Assembly: GCA_041159695.1 (NCBI GenBank)
Contig: JBEAXT010000043.1
Span: 1-55,461 of the forward strand
Length of the DNA stretch: 55,461 bases
From: Pseudomonadota bacterium
GTDB lineage: Bacteria > Pseudomonadota > Gammaproteobacteria > Steroidobacterales > Steroidobacteraceae
Reading direction: 5' to 3'
A program made the position numbers and the translations under genes. The notes under the pieces are model-generated. The model was not told the origin of the DNA. It worked only from the letters and a program-made list of their open reading frames with translations, and searched no databases. This document shows, piece after piece, positions 13,627-24,253 of this stretch (position 1 is its first letter; each line of letters begins with the position of its first letter).

Positions 13627-14015
13627 TTCAGGACGCTGACACCCGGCCTCCACGGTCGGGCTTCCCGCCGTCGCGCCGGGTTCTGCGCAAAACCGACTTC
13701 GAAACCGCTTACCGAGACGGCCGCCGCCTCGGTAATGCCTGTTTTTCTCTCATCGTGTGCCCGAATGGCGGCCGCAGCCCGAGGCTCGGCCTCTCGATCG
13801 GCGCTCGAGTGATCGGAAATGCCGTCGCTCGCAACAGACTTCGTCGCATAATTCGCGAATCGTTCCGGCTCACCCAGCATCAGCTGCCCGCCGTCGACTT
13901 GATCGTCGGCGCACGTGCAGCCGCTCGTGAGGCGCCGGCCACCCGAATTCGCGAGAGCCTCGATGCGCTCTGGCAAAAGGTAGCAATGACATGCGCGCCG
14001 TCTTCCGGGTCCTGA
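13626..14015 (+). CDS. rnpA: ribonuclease P protein component (start codon uncertain or non-canonical)
   Basis: The in-frame translation ...[38 protein letters not shown]...[29 protein letters not shown] carries the RnpA N-terminal FP..RL....F motif and the RNR-motif region. The first ATG/GTG/TTG in this frame is GTG 13755, which would delete the conserved N-terminus. Only CTG 13623, ATT 13626 or CTG 13683 are available upstream. Confidence 0.8.
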   Translation: MQDADTRPPRSGFPPSRRVLRKTDFETAYRDGRRLGNACFSLIVCPNGGRSPRLGLSIGARVIGNAVARNRLRRIIRESFRLTQHQLPAVDLIVGARAAAREAPATRIRESLDALWQKVAMTCAPSSGS

Positions 14016-14242
14016 TTAGGGCCTATCAGTTAACGATCAGCCCGTGGCGTGGGCCCACGTGTCGCTATCATCCTTCGTGCTCGCATTACGCACTGGAAGC
14101 GCTCGACACGCACGGCGCGCTGCGCGGATCTTGGCTCGCTGCTCGACGTATCGCGCGATGCCACCCGTTTCGTGAAGGCGGCTACGATCCAGTGCCGCCG
14201 CGCGACCCCATTTCTTTGACATCTCGACAAGGGCAACCGTGA
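13991..14242 (+). CDS. yidD: membrane protein insertion efficiency factor YidD
   Basis: 83 aa with [33 protein letters not shown] and CHPF..GGYDPVP, the typical YidD motifs. It overlaps the rnpA 3' end by 25 nt. Confidence 0.9.
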   Translation: MRAVFRVLIRAYQLTISPWRGPTCRYHPSCSHYALEALDTHGALRGSWLAARRIARCHPFREGGYDPVPPRDPISLTSRQGQP

Positions 14243-15990
14243 CTTCGACCAACGCACGCATGTTTCTGTGGCTCGGCTTGGTTCTCGTACTGTGGATCAA
14301 CTTCGAGACCTGGCAACGCGACTACGCCCTGCCTGCGGTGGGACCCGCTTCGACGACGCCGAGCTCGGCCGCCACGAGTGGTTTGGCCTCGAGCGTGCCG
14401 AAAGCCGCCCCGCCCGCAGCACCGCTCACCCCGTCGGTCGACGCCCCGCCTTCATTGCTCTCGTCAGCGGCTCCTCCGACGACGTCCGCCACCGCCAACG
14501 CTGAGGTTGCGCCGACGAGCACCGAGACCGCAGCGGTCTCGAGCCCGCCGCGATCGCTTCGCGTCACGACGGACGTCCTCGATCTCGACATCAATCTTCG
14601 AGGCGGTGATCTCGTCCGCGCCGATCTGCTCAATTACCCACAGATCAAGGGCGAAGATGCGCGTGTTCGTTTGCTCAACGACAGCCGTGATCGCTTTTAT
14701 GTCATTCAAACCGGCCTCACCGATGCCGATGGCAGCGCACACCCGACTCACTTGGCCACTTTCGAGTCCTCTCAAGCGCGCTACGCACTCGCCGACGGAC
14801 AAAACGAGCTTCGGGTTCCTTTGACATGGCGCAACGACGCGACGGGCGTTTCGGTGACCAAGACCTATGTTTTCCGTCGCGGCTCGTATCGTATCGATCT
14901 TGAATACGGCATCGACAACCGCGGCACCGAGCCTTGGCGCGCCGCCTCGTACGCACAGATTCTCCGCGACGATCCGCCCGTCGAGCGCTCGATGTTCAGT
15001 GTCGAGAGCTACGCGTTCCAAGGACCGGCGTATTTCAACGGCACGAAATATTTCAAAATCGATCGAACCAGCGTCGCCGAAAGCGAACTGCCCCGCGAGG
15101 TCACCACAGGCTGGATCGCCGGAATGCAGCATCATTTCGTGACGGCTGTCGTACCGACCGAAGGACAGAACTACGCCTATGCGCTCCGGACCGAAGGCAA
15201 CCAATATTTGCTGTCGACGACCGGGCCCTCGATAACGGTTGCGCCGCAAAGCGGGGCGACACTCAAAGAAATACTGTTCGTCGGGCCCAAACTACAGTCT
15301 CAACTCAAAACCACTGGCCCGCGGCTCGATCTGGTGGCTGACTACGGCGTGCTCACGCTGTTGGCCGAACCACTATTCTGGTTGCTCGAGCAGGCGCACA
15401 ACCTCGTCGGCAACTGGGGCTGGGCGATCATCATCGTCACCTTCTTGCTGAAGCTCGTGTTCTACCCGCTCTCCGAATCTTCCGGGCGTTCGATGGCAAA
15501 AATGCGCCTGTTGACGCCGCGCATGAAAAATCTGCAGGAGACGTACAAAGACGACCGCGAGAAACTGGGTCGCGCGATGATGGATTTGTACAAGCGAGAG
15601 AAAATCAATCCGGCAGCCGGATGTTTACCCATCCTCATTCAGATGCCCGTGTTCTTCGCGTTCTACTGGGTCTTACTCGAGAGCGTCGAGATGCGTCAGG
15701 CGCCCTTCATGTTCTGGATTCAGGACCTTTCGTCGCGAGACCCGTTCTTCGTACTACCGGTCATCATGGCCGGTGCCATGTACGTGCAATACAAACTGAA
15801 TCCCACGCCACCCGACCCGATTCAGGCGAAGGTTTTCATGATCTTGCCGTTCGTGATGAGCATCACGTTCGCATTCTTCCCGGCGGGCCTCGTGCTGTAT
15901 TGGGTGGCTAATACGTTGCTGACCATTGCGCAACAATGGAACATCAATCGTCGCATCGAGGCGGAGGCGAAGAGAGCGAGGACGGGTTGA
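14239..15990 (+). CDS. yidC: membrane protein insertase YidC
   Basis: 583 aa with an N-terminal TM helix ([21 protein letters not shown]), a large periplasmic domain and the C-terminal 60-kDa insertase core ([18 protein letters not shown]...[13 protein letters not shown]). The GTG 14239 start overlaps the yidD stop (GTGA). Confidence 0.95.
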   Translation: MTSTNARMFLWLGLVLVLWINFETWQRDYALPAVGPASTTPSSAATSGLASSVPKAAPPAAPLTPSVDAPPSLLSSAAPPTTSATANAEVAPTSTETAAVSSPPRSLRVTTDVLDLDINLRGGDLVRADLLNYPQIKGEDARVRLLNDSRDRFYVIQTGLTDADGSAHPTHLATFESSQARYALADGQNELRVPLTWRNDATGVSVTKTYVFRRGSYRIDLEYGIDNRGTEPWRAASYAQILRDDPPVERSMFSVESYAFQGPAYFNGTKYFKIDRTSVAESELPREVTTGWIAGMQHHFVTAVVPTEGQNYAYALRTEGNQYLLSTTGPSITVAPQSGATLKEILFVGPKLQSQLKTTGPRLDLVADYGVLTLLAEPLFWLLEQAHNLVGNWGWAIIIVTFLLKLVFYPLSESSGRSMAKMRLLTPRMKNLQETYKDDREKLGRAMMDLYKREKINPAAGCLPILIQMPVFFAFYWVLLESVEMRQAPFMFWIQDLSSRDPFFVLPVIMAGAMYVQYKLNPTPPDPIQAKVFMILPFVMSITFAFFPAGLVLYWVANTLLTIAQQWNINRRIEAEAKRARTG

Positions 15991-17357
15991 GGCCCGACGC
16001 CGCAACCGACACGATTGTCGCCGTCGCCACCGCTCCTGGGCGCGGCGGAGTCGGAATCGTCCGAGTTTCCGGACCCGACACACGCCGCATCGCCGAGTCG
16101 ATGCTCTCGATACCGCTGCCTACGCCGCGAATCGCCACCTTGGCGCAGTTTCACGATGCCGATGGCCGGGTACTCGACCACGGTCTCGCGCTTTTCTTTG
16201 GCGCACCGCACAGCTACACCGGTGAAGACGTCCTCGAGCTGCAGGGCCACGGGGGCCCAGTCGTGCTCGAAACGCTCGTCCAGCGCGCCGTATCGCTGGG
16301 TGCGCGGCGCGCGAATGCAGGCGAATTCACGCAGCGGGCGTTTCTCAATGACAAGCTCGATCTCGCGCAAGCGGAGGCGGTCGCCGATCTTATCGACGCG
16401 GGCTCGATTGCCGCAGCACGCGCGGCCATGCGATCGCTGCAAGGCGCGTTTTCTGCGCAGGTGCACGAACTCGTCGAAGCCGTGACTGAACTACGGGTTT
16501 GGGTCGAAGCCGCCATCGACTTTCCCGAAGAAGAGATCGATTTTCTAGCCGATAAGGGCGTGCAGACTCGCCTCACTTCGTTACGCGAACGTTTTGAGAC
16601 GGTATTACAGGCCGCGCGACAGGGGCGCGTACTGCGCGATGGCATGACTGTCGTCATCGCCGGGCGCCCGAACGCTGGGAAGTCGAGTTTGCTCAATGCG
16701 CTCGCGGGCCAAGATGTCGCCATCGTGACGCCGATCGCGGGCACCACCCGCGACGTATTGAGAGAAATGATTTCGATCGATGGGATGCCGCTGCACGTGC
16801 TCGATACCGCCGGGCTTCGTGATGCCGGAGATGTGGTGGAAGTCGAGGGCATTCGACGCGCTCGCCTCGCGATGCAGCAGGCGGATCGCGTGTTGTTCGT
16901 CATCGACGCGGCAGCCGATCCGCAAGCAAAAGCCTTCGCCGAGGAGAAAGCACTACTACCCGCCGATATACCGATCACCCTGCTCTTCAATAAAATCGAT
17001 GTGACGACTGCGGGCGACGAATCGCAACGCGTGGTATCGGGTGCCGAGGCGGTTTTGCCGATTTCCGCACGAACGGGCGCGGGGCTCCCGGAATTGAGAG
17101 AGCACTTGAAGACCTGCATGGGCTACGACGCGAGGCAGATTGGGTTAGTCAGCGCGCGCGGCCGTCATGTCGAGGCGCTCGAACGCGCACAGCGGCATAC
17201 GGAAGAGGCAGTTCGGCAACTCGAGAGCTCACGTGCAGGCGAGCTTGTCGCTGAGGAGCTACGTGCCGCCCAGCACGCCCTCGGCGAAATCACCGGTGAG
17301 TTTCATGCTGAGGATTTGCTCGGCCGTATCTTCGGCAGCTTTTGCATCGGCAAATAG
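15987..17357 (+). CDS. mnmE: tRNA modification GTPase MnmE
   Basis: [22 protein letters not shown], the G-domain motif [14 protein letters not shown] and the C-terminal FCIGK are present. I prefer the TTG at 15987, which overlaps the yidC stop (TTGA), has a gagga motif upstream and gives about 456 aa. The track start at 15936 lies inside yidC. Confidence 0.92.
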   Translation: MRPDAATDTIVAVATAPGRGGVGIVRVSGPDTRRIAESMLSIPLPTPRIATLAQFHDADGRVLDHGLALFFGAPHSYTGEDVLELQGHGGPVVLETLVQRAVSLGARRANAGEFTQRAFLNDKLDLAQAEAVADLIDAGSIAAARAAMRSLQGAFSAQVHELVEAVTELRVWVEAAIDFPEEEIDFLADKGVQTRLTSLRERFETVLQAARQGRVLRDGMTVVIAGRPNAGKSSLLNALAGQDVAIVTPIAGTTRDVLREMISIDGMPLHVLDTAGLRDAGDVVEVEGIRRARLAMQQADRVLFVIDAAADPQAKAFAEEKALLPADIPITLLFNKIDVTTAGDESQRVVSGAEAVLPISARTGAGLPELREHLKTCMGYDARQIGLVSARGRHVEALERAQRHTEEAVRQLESSRAGELVAEELRAAQHALGEITGEFHAEDLLGRIFGSFCIGK

Positions 17358-17375
17358 CCGAAGCGCGGCCCTCGT

Positions 17376-18005
17376 TCAGCGTTTCGCGGCGACAAACGCG
17401 ACGCCGGCGCCGATGAAAAGCGCGGACATGCCTGCGACGTTGAGTAAAACGCCGTCGTAACCGAGATTACGAACGTCGATGAAGAAGTAAGGGTATACAC
17501 CGCTGACTTCGCCGCGCATCAGAACATAGACGAGATACGCTGCCGGGTACGCAAACACCCGCCAGACGTCGCCCCATACGAGCGCACCGCGGGGCACCGT
17601 CCGCCACCAGAAGACGGCGAAGACGATCGGCACGATGTAGTGGTGAATCAGATTCGTGACGGCGGCGATCCCCGTCGGTTGGTACTGCGCGCGGAGCAGC
17701 ACGTGAAAAATGAGACCGACCATCACGATAGACACGGCCGCAGCCGTGACGACCCAGGGTTCACGCCAAGCGGTCCATCGTGACGACGATGCGCGCGGCT
17801 TGACGAACGCTGTCGCCACGATCGCGCAGAAAAGATTGGTGAGGATCGTGTAATAACCTGCGTACATGAACACGCCGAAGGCCGCGCTGTGCCCAAGCTG
17901 CATCTGATGTTGCACGCTGAGCACGAGCTGTACCGCAAGCGAAGCCCAGCCGACGAGCGCGAGAAAAAGCGCGGTGCGAGAGGTGTTCACCAGTAATGCT
18001 GCCAC
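17376..18005 (-). CDS. integral membrane protein, about six TM helices (possibly Pr6Pr/AIG1-like family)
   Basis: 209 aa and strongly hydrophobic with regularly spaced helices. The family assignment is from memory (WWRTVPRG, YPYFFID) and is tentative. Confidence 0.6.
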   Translation of the reverse strand: MAALLVNTSRTALFLALVGWASLAVQLVLSVQHQMQLGHSAAFGVFMYAGYYTILTNLFCAIVATAFVKPRASSSRWTAWREPWVVTAAAVSIVMVGLIFHVLLRAQYQPTGIAAVTNLIHHYIVPIVFAVFWWRTVPRGALVWGDVWRVFAYPAAYLVYVLMRGEVSGVYPYFFIDVRNLGYDGVLLNVAGMSALFIGAGVAFVAAKR

Positions 18006-19048
18006 TTCGCCCGCTTCACGAAGTGCTGGAAAGCATCGCGTTTATCTTTGGGCAAATAGTCGAGGTAGCCGCTCGGCGCGTAACGCTCGACGTATTGGTC
18101 GAGGACGGGACGGTAGAGATGCAGATGTAAATCGGGAATTCGGTGTTTGGATCGAAACTCTGCGATGGGAATTCGCGCCGACTCGCGCGTTTCGAAGGGC
18201 CCGGCTTTGGCGAGCACTACGCCACGCGGTCCGAAGATCGACGAACGCCCCGGCCCGCCGTAATTGGCATCTTCAAAGAAACCGGGGTTTCTTCCCTGAG
18301 TAGCGACCGAGTTGTTGGTGATCATCGTGTAAAGGCTGTTGTGGTAGGAGGTGAGGCGCATGTCCTCCCACTCGAAGCCACCGGTTGCGACGCGACAGAT
18401 AATTTCGGCGCCCTTAAAGGCCATGCATCGGAAGAGCTCGGGTTCGAATTGCACGGCCGACATGGCGATATTGCCGATGTCCGTACGCTCGACAGGAATC
18501 ACCGCATCGAGACCGTACATCTCGACGAAACGATCGTAGACGTCGTAGATCGCCGAGGTGTACTGCTCGGCGAAAGGGAACATGCCGCGGACGTTGCGCT
18601 GCTTCCAGTGCGAGATCACGCTGCCGTCGGGTTTGCACATCACCATCAGGTGCAGAATGTGCCCCGGCCAGTTCACCGGGTCTTTGGCGTAAGTGCCGAA
18701 GACGATGTAGCAGTTGTACTGTTTCGCTTTCTTGGCGACCTCTTCGACTTCCGGGCCCGGCACTTCGATCGAGAGCGCGTAATGCTGGTCGCGCGTCCAG
18801 TTGCTGAAGCCCGTGATCGGAAATTCATGAAACAGCAGCAGATCGCAGCGGCCACCGAAACCCTGCGCGATATCGATCGATTCCAAGAAGTAATCGAGGT
18901 TGCGACGCAGATCAGGCCCCGGGTTGGCGCCGTCGACCCCGTTCACCCTCGTCTGCACGACGGCGACCGTGATGGCCTCCTGTCGAAGGTCGACGACGGG
19001 GTAGGTGCCATCGGCACGAACCATTTCGGGGGGCGTGCGGTCGGTCAT
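17987..19048 (-). CDS. carbon-nitrogen hydrolase (nitrilase superfamily, aliphatic-amidase-like) protein with a non-canonical active site
   Basis: 353 aa. By-eye alignment to Pseudomonas AmiE matches DLLLFHEFPITG (Glu), SHWKQRN (Lys), FPFAEQY (second Glu) and ELFRCMAFKGAEIICRV. The residue at the catalytic Cys position is Ser197 (TCG, 18458-18460). Confidence 0.75.
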   Translation of the reverse strand: MTDRTPPEMVRADGTYPVVDLRQEAITVAVVQTRVNGVDGANPGPDLRRNLDYFLESIDIAQGFGGRCDLLLFHEFPITGFSNWTRDQHYALSIEVPGPEVEEVAKKAKQYNCYIVFGTYAKDPVNWPGHILHLMVMCKPDGSVISHWKQRNVRGMFPFAEQYTSAIYDVYDRFVEMYGLDAVIPVERTDIGNIAMSAVQFEPELFRCMAFKGAEIICRVATGGFEWEDMRLTSYHNSLYTMITNNSVATQGRNPGFFEDANYGGPGRSSIFGPRGVVLAKAGPFETRESARIPIAEFRSKHRIPDLHLHLYRPVLDQYVERYAPSGYLDYLPKDKRDAFQHFVKRAKWQHYW

Positions 19049-19068
19049 GGTCGGTCTCCCTGGGGCCC

Positions 19069-20946
19069 TTAGGCCGTTCGGCGTTTCAAATGCACGAGCA
19101 GGACGGACACCGCAGCGGGGGTCACGCCCGGCAAGCGCGAGGCCTGACCGAGGGTATCCGGTCGCGCGGCCGCCAGCCTCTGCCGAACTTCATTCGAGAG
19201 CCCGGCGACCGTGCTGTAGTCGAGGTCCCCGGGTAGGGCGGTCTCTTCGCTTTTGCGCTGCCGCTCGATCTCGTCCTGCTGTCGCTCGATGTACCCGGAG
19301 TACTTGGCGCGGACCTCGACCTGAAGGCGGACCGCCTCGGGGAGCCGGTCATCTAGGGCGGCGAGGCGGGGCATCGGGTCGGCAGCGGAGAAGGCCGTGC
19401 CGATGTCCTCACCCGCGGCGGCGGCGAGGGCGGGGAGCCCGGCGTAGTCCACCTCGGGTCGGCGGAGCAGATCGAAGGCTGAGACCCCCTTGAGGCGGGT
19501 GGTCGATAGCCGCCGAACTTCGGTTTCGGCGGCCTCCCGCTTCCGACAGAAGAACGTCCAGCGCTCGTCATCGACGAGCCCCATCGAGCGACCGATTTCG
19601 GTCAGTCGGAGGTCGGCGTTGTCCTCCCGAAGGAGCAACCGATGCTCGGCTCGGCTCGTGAACATTCGGTAAGGCTCGGGGGCTCCTCGGGTGATGAGAT
19701 CGTCGACCAACACACCCAGATAGGCTTCAGATCGGGAGGGGGTCCAAGGGGCCTCGTCACGGACCTGACGCGCGGCATTGATACCCGCCACCAGGCCCTG
19801 GGCGCCGGCCTCTTCGTAGCCCGTCGTGCCGTTGATCTGGCCCGCGAAGAAGAGCCCGCCGATGACCTTCGTTTCGAGCCAACCATGGAGGTCGCGGGGG
19901 TCGAAAAAGTCGTACTCGATGGCGTAGCCGGGGCGGGTGATATGGGCCCGTTCGAAGCCCCGAATCGAGCGCACGAATTCGACCTGAACATCGTACGGAA
20001 GACTCGTCGAAATTCCGTTCGGATAGACCTCGTGCGTCGACAGTCCTTCGGGCTCGACGAACACCTGATGCGAGCTCTTGTCGGCGAAGCGGTGAACCTT
20101 GTCTTCGACTGACGGACAGTACCGCGGACCGACGCCTTCGATCTTTCCGGTGAACATCGGCGAGCGATCGCAGCCTGAGCGAATCAGCTCGTGAGTCCGC
20201 TCGTTTGTCGCGGTAATGAAACATGGAACCTGCTGCGGATGCTCATTGATGCGTCCGAGGAATGAAAACACGGGACGCGGGTCATCCGAATACTGGGGCG
20301 CCATGACGCTGTAGTCGAGGCTGCGGCCATCGATTCGGGGCGGTGTACCCGTCTTGAGACGACCTACTCGGAGAGGCAGTTCGCGCAGTCGGGCCGCGAG
20401 CGCATTCGACGGCGGATCACCCGCACGACCCCCTGAATATTGGTCGAGACCCACGTGGATTCGACCCCCCAAAAAGGTGCCGACCGTGAGCACGACGGCG
20501 GGTGCTCCGAAGCGGATTCCGGTGACCGTGACGACCCCCCGAACTCGTCCGTTTTCGACCACCAGATCGGCGGCCTCTTGTTGGAAGATCGAGAGGTTCG
20601 TTTGGTTCTCGAGGAGGGTCCGAATCGCCTTCCGATAGAGAAGCCGATCGGCCTGCGCGCGGGTCGCTCGAACGGCCGGACCTTTGCTCGCGTTGAGGGT
20701 CCGAAACTGGATGCCGGCTCGGTCGACGGCGCGCGCCATCCCGCCCCCGAGGGCGTCGATTTCGCGAACGAGGTGACCCTTGCCGATACCCCCGAAAGCG
20801 GGGTTGCAACTCATCTGTCCGAGGGTCTCGATGCTCTGGGTCAGCAGCAGGGTACGACGACCCATTCGCGCCGAGGCGAGCGCGGCCTCGGTGCCGGCAT
20901 GACCGCCCCCGATGACGATGACTTCGAATGTCTCTGCGTAACTCAT
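19069..20946 (-). CDS. mnmG: tRNA uridine 5-carboxymethylaminomethyl modification enzyme MnmG (GidA)
   Basis: The true start is [29 protein letters not shown] (ATG 20946), which carries the FAD motif, giving 625 aa. The 73-codon upstream extension in the track is not protein-like. Confidence 0.95.
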   Translation of the reverse strand: MSYAETFEVIVIGGGHAGTEAALASARMGRRTLLLTQSIETLGQMSCNPAFGGIGKGHLVREIDALGGGMARAVDRAGIQFRTLNASKGPAVRATRAQADRLLYRKAIRTLLENQTNLSIFQQEAADLVVENGRVRGVVTVTGIRFGAPAVVLTVGTFLGGRIHVGLDQYSGGRAGDPPSNALAARLRELPLRVGRLKTGTPPRIDGRSLDYSVMAPQYSDDPRPVFSFLGRINEHPQQVPCFITATNERTHELIRSGCDRSPMFTGKIEGVGPRYCPSVEDKVHRFADKSSHQVFVEPEGLSTHEVYPNGISTSLPYDVQVEFVRSIRGFERAHITRPGYAIEYDFFDPRDLHGWLETKVIGGLFFAGQINGTTGYEEAGAQGLVAGINAARQVRDEAPWTPSRSEAYLGVLVDDLITRGAPEPYRMFTSRAEHRLLLREDNADLRLTEIGRSMGLVDDERWTFFCRKREAAETEVRRLSTTRLKGVSAFDLLRRPEVDYAGLPALAAAAGEDIGTAFSAADPMPRLAALDDRLPEAVRLQVEVRAKYSGYIERQQDEIERQRKSEETALPGDLDYSTVAGLSNEVRQRLAAARPDTLGQASRLPGVTPAAVSVLLVHLKRRTA

Positions 20947-21039
20947 AGACGGCGCGATTCTATGTGAATCGTTGAGATAGCGTCGGCTTCGGGACCGGCC
21001 CCGATGAGGGGCCCGAGCGCTCGGCGTAGGATCGACCCC

Positions 21040-22782
21040 ATGAGAGCTCCCTACCGACGTTTCGTTCAAAGGGCCCTGGCCGTTCTGGTCGGGCTTTTGT
21101 CCCTCAACGCTCTGGCGGCCACCTTCGAGGTTCAACTCCCCGCCAGTTTTAAGGAGGGCCCCCAAGATGGGCGCCTGCTCCTCATCTTCGCTCCGGCCGA
21201 CCAGTCTCCCGACCGGGAGCCCCGGTTTCTGGTCAATTGGGATGCCGCGGCGATCCCGTTCTTCGGCTTGGATGTCGAAGGCTGGAAGCCCGGCACCGGC
21301 CGCAGCATCGATGATGGCGCCTTCGGGTTTCCGGTACGTGCGCTTTCGAGCCTCCCGCCGGGCGACTACCGGGTTCAGGCCTTCCTCAATCGCTACGAGA
21401 CCTTTCGGCTTGCGGACGGGCGGGTACTCAAGCTTCCGCCCGATCGGGGAGAAGGTCAGCAGTGGCGCGAAAAACCCGGGAACCTATATTCGAGACCCGT
21501 GTTGGTGCGTTGGCGCGGTGCGCTGACGACCGCGCCGCCGCCGCGGCTGGTGTTGACCGAAAAAATCCCGCCCGCCGAGCCTTTTCGCGAGACGGCCTGG
21601 GTCAAATACGTTCGCGTACGCAGCGAAAGACTCTCAAAGTTTTGGGGCCGCGACATCCACCTTGCTGCCTTCGTGACCTTGCCGCTCGGGTTCAACGAGC
21701 GACCGGATGCGCGGTATCCCCTCGTCATCAATCACGGACACTTTCCCTCCGCGCCATCCAACTGGCGTGAAACACCGCCCGATCCGAATTTGGCACCCGA
21801 TTACAGCGCTCGCTTCAAACTCGAGGGCTACAACCGCATTCAGCAGCAATACGCGTGGGATTTTTTCCAAGCCTGGACCGGACCAGGCTTTCCTCGCGTG
21901 CTCCTCGTCGAGATCCAACACCCGACACCGTTCTATGACGACTCATACGGCGTCAATTCCGCGAACAACGGACCTTACGGCGATGCGATTCAGTACGAGC
22001 TCCTACCAGAAATCGAGCGCCGCTTTCGTGGCATCGGGCAGGGTTGGGCACGCTTCGTGTTTGGCGGCAGCACCGGCGGCTGGATTGCGATGGCCACCCA
22101 GATGTTTTATCCGGACGAATACAACGGCGCCTGGATCGCGTGCCCCGATCCGATCGACTTCCGTCACTACATGACGATCAACATTTACGAAGACAAGAAC
22201 GCCTATGTCATGCCGAACCGCTTCAAGCGCACGCCGCGCCCCGCACATCGAAACTGGCTGGGTCACATCGACACCACGATCGAAGAGAACAATCTTTGGG
22301 AGCTTGCGCTCGGGACACGCGGCCGCAGCGGTGATCAGTGGGATGCGTGGGAGTCCGTGTTTTCGCCCGTCGGGCCCGATGGCTATCCGCGCCGTATCTT
22401 TGATCGATTAACAGGCGAGATCGATCCAGTCACCGCAGCGCACTGGCGCGAGAACTACGATCTCGGGCACATCCTGCGTCGTGACTGGACCACGCTAGGG
22501 CCTAAGCTGCGCGGCAAGTTACGCCTGTATGTCGGCGATATGGACAACTACTACTTGAACAACGCGGTCTATGCAGTCGAAGAGTTTTTACGAACGGCAC
22601 AACCCGCCGCCGATGCCGTCATCGATTACGGCGATCGAGCAGAGCATTGCTGGAATGGCGATCACACCCGCAGTAATGCGTATTCCCGCTTACGCTATCC
22701 GCAGATGGTGTTGCCTTGGGCGGCGGAGCGAATGCTCAAAACAGCTCCACCGGGCGCAGACGTTCGTAGTTGGCGGTACTGA
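21040..22782 (+). CDS. secreted alpha/beta-hydrolase, putative-esterase family protein
   Basis: It has a signal peptide ([27 protein letters not shown]), an esterase-like core with the nucleophile elbow FGGSTGGW, and an N-terminal domain of about 200 aa of unknown fold. The start could also be 21004. Confidence 0.6.
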   Translation: MRAPYRRFVQRALAVLVGLLSLNALAATFEVQLPASFKEGPQDGRLLLIFAPADQSPDREPRFLVNWDAAAIPFFGLDVEGWKPGTGRSIDDGAFGFPVRALSSLPPGDYRVQAFLNRYETFRLADGRVLKLPPDRGEGQQWREKPGNLYSRPVLVRWRGALTTAPPPRLVLTEKIPPAEPFRETAWVKYVRVRSERLSKFWGRDIHLAAFVTLPLGFNERPDARYPLVINHGHFPSAPSNWRETPPDPNLAPDYSARFKLEGYNRIQQQYAWDFFQAWTGPGFPRVLLVEIQHPTPFYDDSYGVNSANNGPYGDAIQYELLPEIERRFRGIGQGWARFVFGGSTGGWIAMATQMFYPDEYNGAWIACPDPIDFRHYMTINIYEDKNAYVMPNRFKRTPRPAHRNWLGHIDTTIEENNLWELALGTRGRSGDQWDAWESVFSPVGPDGYPRRIFDRLTGEIDPVTAAHWRENYDLGHILRRDWTTLGPKLRGKLRLYVGDMDNYYLNNAVYAVEEFLRTAQPAADAVIDYGDRAEHCWNGDHTRSNAYSRLRYPQMVLPWAAERMLKTAPPGADVRSWRY

Positions 22783-22788
22783 GTAGAG

Positions 22789-24237
22789 TTACTTGCGCCA
22801 GAACGCCGCCGTGAAGAGCACGAGCACACTAAAAATTTCGAGGCGCCCGAGAATCATGCCAAGGGTGCACGCCCAGGTCTGGAAATCCGTGAGCCCCTGA
22901 AAATTTCCCATCGGGCCCACCGACCCGAGTCCCGGGCCCAGATTGTTCACGCTCGCAACGGTGGCCGAGAAAGCGGTGATGAAATCGAGCCCTGACAGTA
23001 GCAACACGAAAGTCAGTACGGCGATCGTCATGAAATATAAAAAAATGAACGCCAGTACCGATGTCGCGATCCGCTCCGGAATAATCTGGCCACCGACACG
23101 GATCGGGATCACCGCAGAAGGATGAAGGATCTGCTTTATTTCTCGACGTGCCTGCTGGATCAGCAGTAGCGTACGAAACATCTTGATGCCACCACCTGTT
23201 GAACCCGTACTGCACAGGATGCACGAGAGGAAAAGAATCCAGAGCGGCGCGAACAGCGGCCAACTGTCGTAAGCCTCGCCCGAGAAACCGGTCGTCGTAG
23301 CCACCGAGACGACGGCAAAGGCTGCGTGACGCAGTGACTCGAGCACGCTGCCGTACTCACCATGAACCATCAGCAACGCCGTGATACCGATGATGCTTGC
23401 ACCGACCAGCAGCAGTACCGCGCGCACCTCTGGATCTTTACGATAGGGCGCCAGCGAGCGCGTGCGTACGGCCATGAAGTGACGCGCAAAATTAAGCGCA
23501 GCAGCCAACATCAGCACGATCAGTACGAACTCGATGAGTGGCGAGTCGAAATGGCCGACACTGGCGTCGTACGTTGAAAATCCGCCCAGTGCCATCGCCG
23601 AAAATGCGTGGCACACCGCGTCGAACCAGCCCATCCCGGCAAGCCGTAGCGCGATCACGCCGATCAGCGTCATCCCCGCGTAGGTGATCCAGAGCGCTTT
23701 AGCGGTTTCAGTGATACGAGGTGTGAGTTTTTCGTCTTTGATCGGTCCCGGCGTTTCGGCGCGATAGAGCGCCATGCCGCCGACACCGAGCAGGGGGAGC
23801 ACGGCCACCGCGAGTACGATGATTCCGATGCCGCCGAACCAGTGCAATGCATGCCGCCAAAGATTGAGCGAAGGCGGCAGAGCGTCGAGACCGGTGAGCA
23901 CGGTTCCGCCTGAGGTGGTGAGCCCGGAAACGGCTTCGAAGTAAGCGTCGGTCACGCTGAGATCGGGTAGGGCGATCAAAAACGGAATCGTCGCGGACGC
24001 CGACATCAAGACCCAAGCGAGCGTCACCAGCAAGAAGCCGTCTCGCGCTTTAAGCTCACGCTTATGACGGCGCGTGAGCGCGGCGATCAGCAGACCGAGC
24101 ACGACGTTGATACCCGCTGCGATGGCGAAATCGATGAATATGCCGTCTTGCATGATGATCGAGCAGATCATCGGCAGAATAAAAGTGACGGCGAAGAACG
24201 CCATCATCAAACCGAGGACGTGGGCGACGGCGAGCAT
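22789..24237 (-). CDS. trkH: Trk-system potassium uptake protein TrkH
   Basis: It is polytopic and about 482 aa from MLAVAHVLGLMMAFFAVTFILP. TrkH-type selectivity-filter-like segments are present (GLTTSGG, TTTGFS, GSTGGGIK, NNLGPGLG). It lies 16 nt downstream of trkA. Confidence 0.9.
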   Translation of the reverse strand: MLAVAHVLGLMMAFFAVTFILPMICSIIMQDGIFIDFAIAAGINVVLGLLIAALTRRHKRELKARDGFLLVTLAWVLMSASATIPFLIALPDLSVTDAYFEAVSGLTTSGGTVLTGLDALPPSLNLWRHALHWFGGIGIIVLAVAVLPLLGVGGMALYRAETPGPIKDEKLTPRITETAKALWITYAGMTLIGVIALRLAGMGWFDAVCHAFSAMALGGFSTYDASVGHFDSPLIEFVLIVLMLAAALNFARHFMAVRTRSLAPYRKDPEVRAVLLLVGASIIGITALLMVHGEYGSVLESLRHAAFAVVSVATTTGFSGEAYDSWPLFAPLWILFLSCILCSTGSTGGGIKMFRTLLLIQQARREIKQILHPSAVIPIRVGGQIIPERIATSVLAFIFLYFMTIAVLTFVLLLSGLDFITAFSATVASVNNLGPGLGSVGPMGNFQGLTDFQTWACTLGMILGRLEIFSVLVLFTAAFWRK

Positions 24238-24253
24238 GCCTCGAACGCTTCGC

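Noticed and set aside
13339-13653. 105-codon N-terminal extension of the dnaA ORF. Similar extensions occur on mnmG (20947-21165), the amidase (2970-3164), trkH (24238-24342), trkA (25634-25666), rpmH (13435-13491) and the SCO-like gene (47658-47726).
   Set aside because: Homologous proteins begin at the downstream Met or Val. The extensions overlap neighbouring genes or promoters and have junk-like composition.
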